A stretch of 64,000 nucleotides of DNA, taken from contig JBIPSI010000020.1 of NCBI GenBank assembly GCA_044070495.1, positions 1-64,000 on the forward strand, in the 5' to 3' direction. Shown piece by piece: positions 62,988-64,000 of the stretch. Position 1 is the stretch's first letter. Each line of letters opens with the position of its first letter. The notes under the pieces were generated by a model, which worked only from the letters and a program-made list of their open reading frames with translations, did not search any database and was not told the DNA's origin. The position numbers and the translations under genes were made by a program. Source of the DNA: Spirulina sp. Lineage in GTDB: Bacteria > Cyanobacteriota > Cyanobacteriia > Phormidesmidales > Phormidesmidaceae.

Positions 62988-63845
62988 ATGCACCTAGGAC
63001 TTCTGTGCTTGACGATAACGGTGGCAGCGGTGGTGCGCTGGCGGTGGAAGCCAGGGTTAGGGACTTGGTCGCAGCGGTGGTGGTGGGCGGTGCTGGCCCT
63101 ATGTTGTCCGATTTTTGGGCTGTTTTCTACGGCCATCGCCATTCTGGGCATGGGGCACCACGGCACCATGCTGGGTTGGGCGGTGGGGCCAACGGGTTGT
63201 CGCATCAGCCAACTAGTCCTAATCGGCGGTCTGATGGCGGGGCTGTATGGGGTGTTCCAGGCCGGATGGACAACCTGGCGGTGGCGGCAATATCCGCTAA
63301 CTCAGTTACCCCAGGGCATTCCCGCCCGCCTTATAGATACGGAAGTACCTATTGCCGCCCAGGTGGGGTTTTGGCGATCCGCCCTCATGGTCAGTCGTGG
63401 CTGGCTCGATCAGCTCTCTAGCGAAGAGCAGGCCATGGTTTTGGCCCACGAACAGGCCCATGCCTACTATCGCGATCCGCTGGGGTTTTGGCTGCTGGGC
63501 ATGGTGCGGCAGCTCACGGCTTGGCTCCCTTGCACCCAAGCCCTTTGGCAAGAATTGCTGCTACTGCGGGAAATTCGGGCGGATCGCTGGGCGGCCCAAC
63601 AGGCCCATCCCCTGGCGGTGGCAGAACTTTTGGTGAAAATGTCTCGCCAAACCATACTAGAAAAGGCTGTTCCGTCCTCCGCGCTGATCGGTTTCAGCAG
63701 CCCCGACGAGATGGATCGTCTAGAACAGCGGGTGGATGCCCTCCTAGAACCGATGCCTAGCGAGGAGACACCACCCCTGGGCAAGGTCGTCGTGGGGTTT
63801 ACCCTTACCCTTCTGCCTCTCCTGGCCATGGGGCTGCACCATTAA
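62988..63845 (+). CDS. M56 (BlaR1-like) membrane metallopeptidase
   Basis: TM helices, LAHEQAH zinc motif, REIRAD; directly follows the BlaI-like gene. Confidence 0.88.
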   Translation: MHLGLLCLTITVAAVVRWRWKPGLGTWSQRWWWAVLALCCPIFGLFSTAIAILGMGHHGTMLGWAVGPTGCRISQLVLIGGLMAGLYGVFQAGWTTWRWRQYPLTQLPQGIPARLIDTEVPIAAQVGFWRSALMVSRGWLDQLSSEEQAMVLAHEQAHAYYRDPLGFWLLGMVRQLTAWLPCTQALWQELLLLREIRADRWAAQQAHPLAVAELLVKMSRQTILEKAVPSSALIGFSSPDEMDRLEQRVDALLEPMPSEETPPLGKVVVGFTLTLLPLLAMGLHH

Positions 63846-64000
63846 AGTAAGGCAAAATAAGGGTTCCCGGCATGGGGTGATGACTTCGTGCCGTCTTTGA
63901 ATCGGGGAACCTTGGCATGGCGTGTTGCCCAAAACCTGGAGGGTTGTGTTGATCAGACGCTACATTCGACTGGGGTTGATTCTCCTCTGTGGCCTGCTAG

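Overview
Chromosomal window from a GC-rich cyanobacterium (chlL/chlN, cyanobacteriochrome kinase, cyanobacterial DUF families and dispersed palindromic repeats). Its centre (about 11.1-33.1 kb) is a complete type III-D CRISPR-Cas locus of III-Dv-like architecture: cas6 with a C-terminal HTH, a TIGR02710 CARF-HEPN effector, cas7-insertion, csx19, cas7-2x, cas5-cas11 (csx10), a separate cas7, an HD-less cas10 with intact GGDD, a Card1-like CARF nuclease, a Csx3/Crn3-P-loop fusion, a WYL protein, csx18, cas1, cas2 and a 25-repeat array. Read directly from the DNA: (1) the same inverted repeat, CTTGGAAG-N6-CTTCCAAG, sits exactly 7 bp upstream of the -10 boxes of the interference, cas1-cas2 and csx18 promoters; (2) a leaderless mini-array with a different 5' repeat half has a spacer matching 32/33 nt of the predicted cas1 5' UTR; (3) two adjacent array spacers come from one target and differ by a synonymous-looking SNP; (4) the interference block is AT-rich relative to its flanks. 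Elsewhere: a roughly 5 kb decaying toxin-antitoxin cluster with nonsense-inactivated toxins and permuted DUF2442 fragments, a MITE with a 14-bp target duplication, two small ORFs missed by the ORF track, a candidate sRNA, and housekeeping genes. All family calls come from motif recognition by eye; no searches were run.
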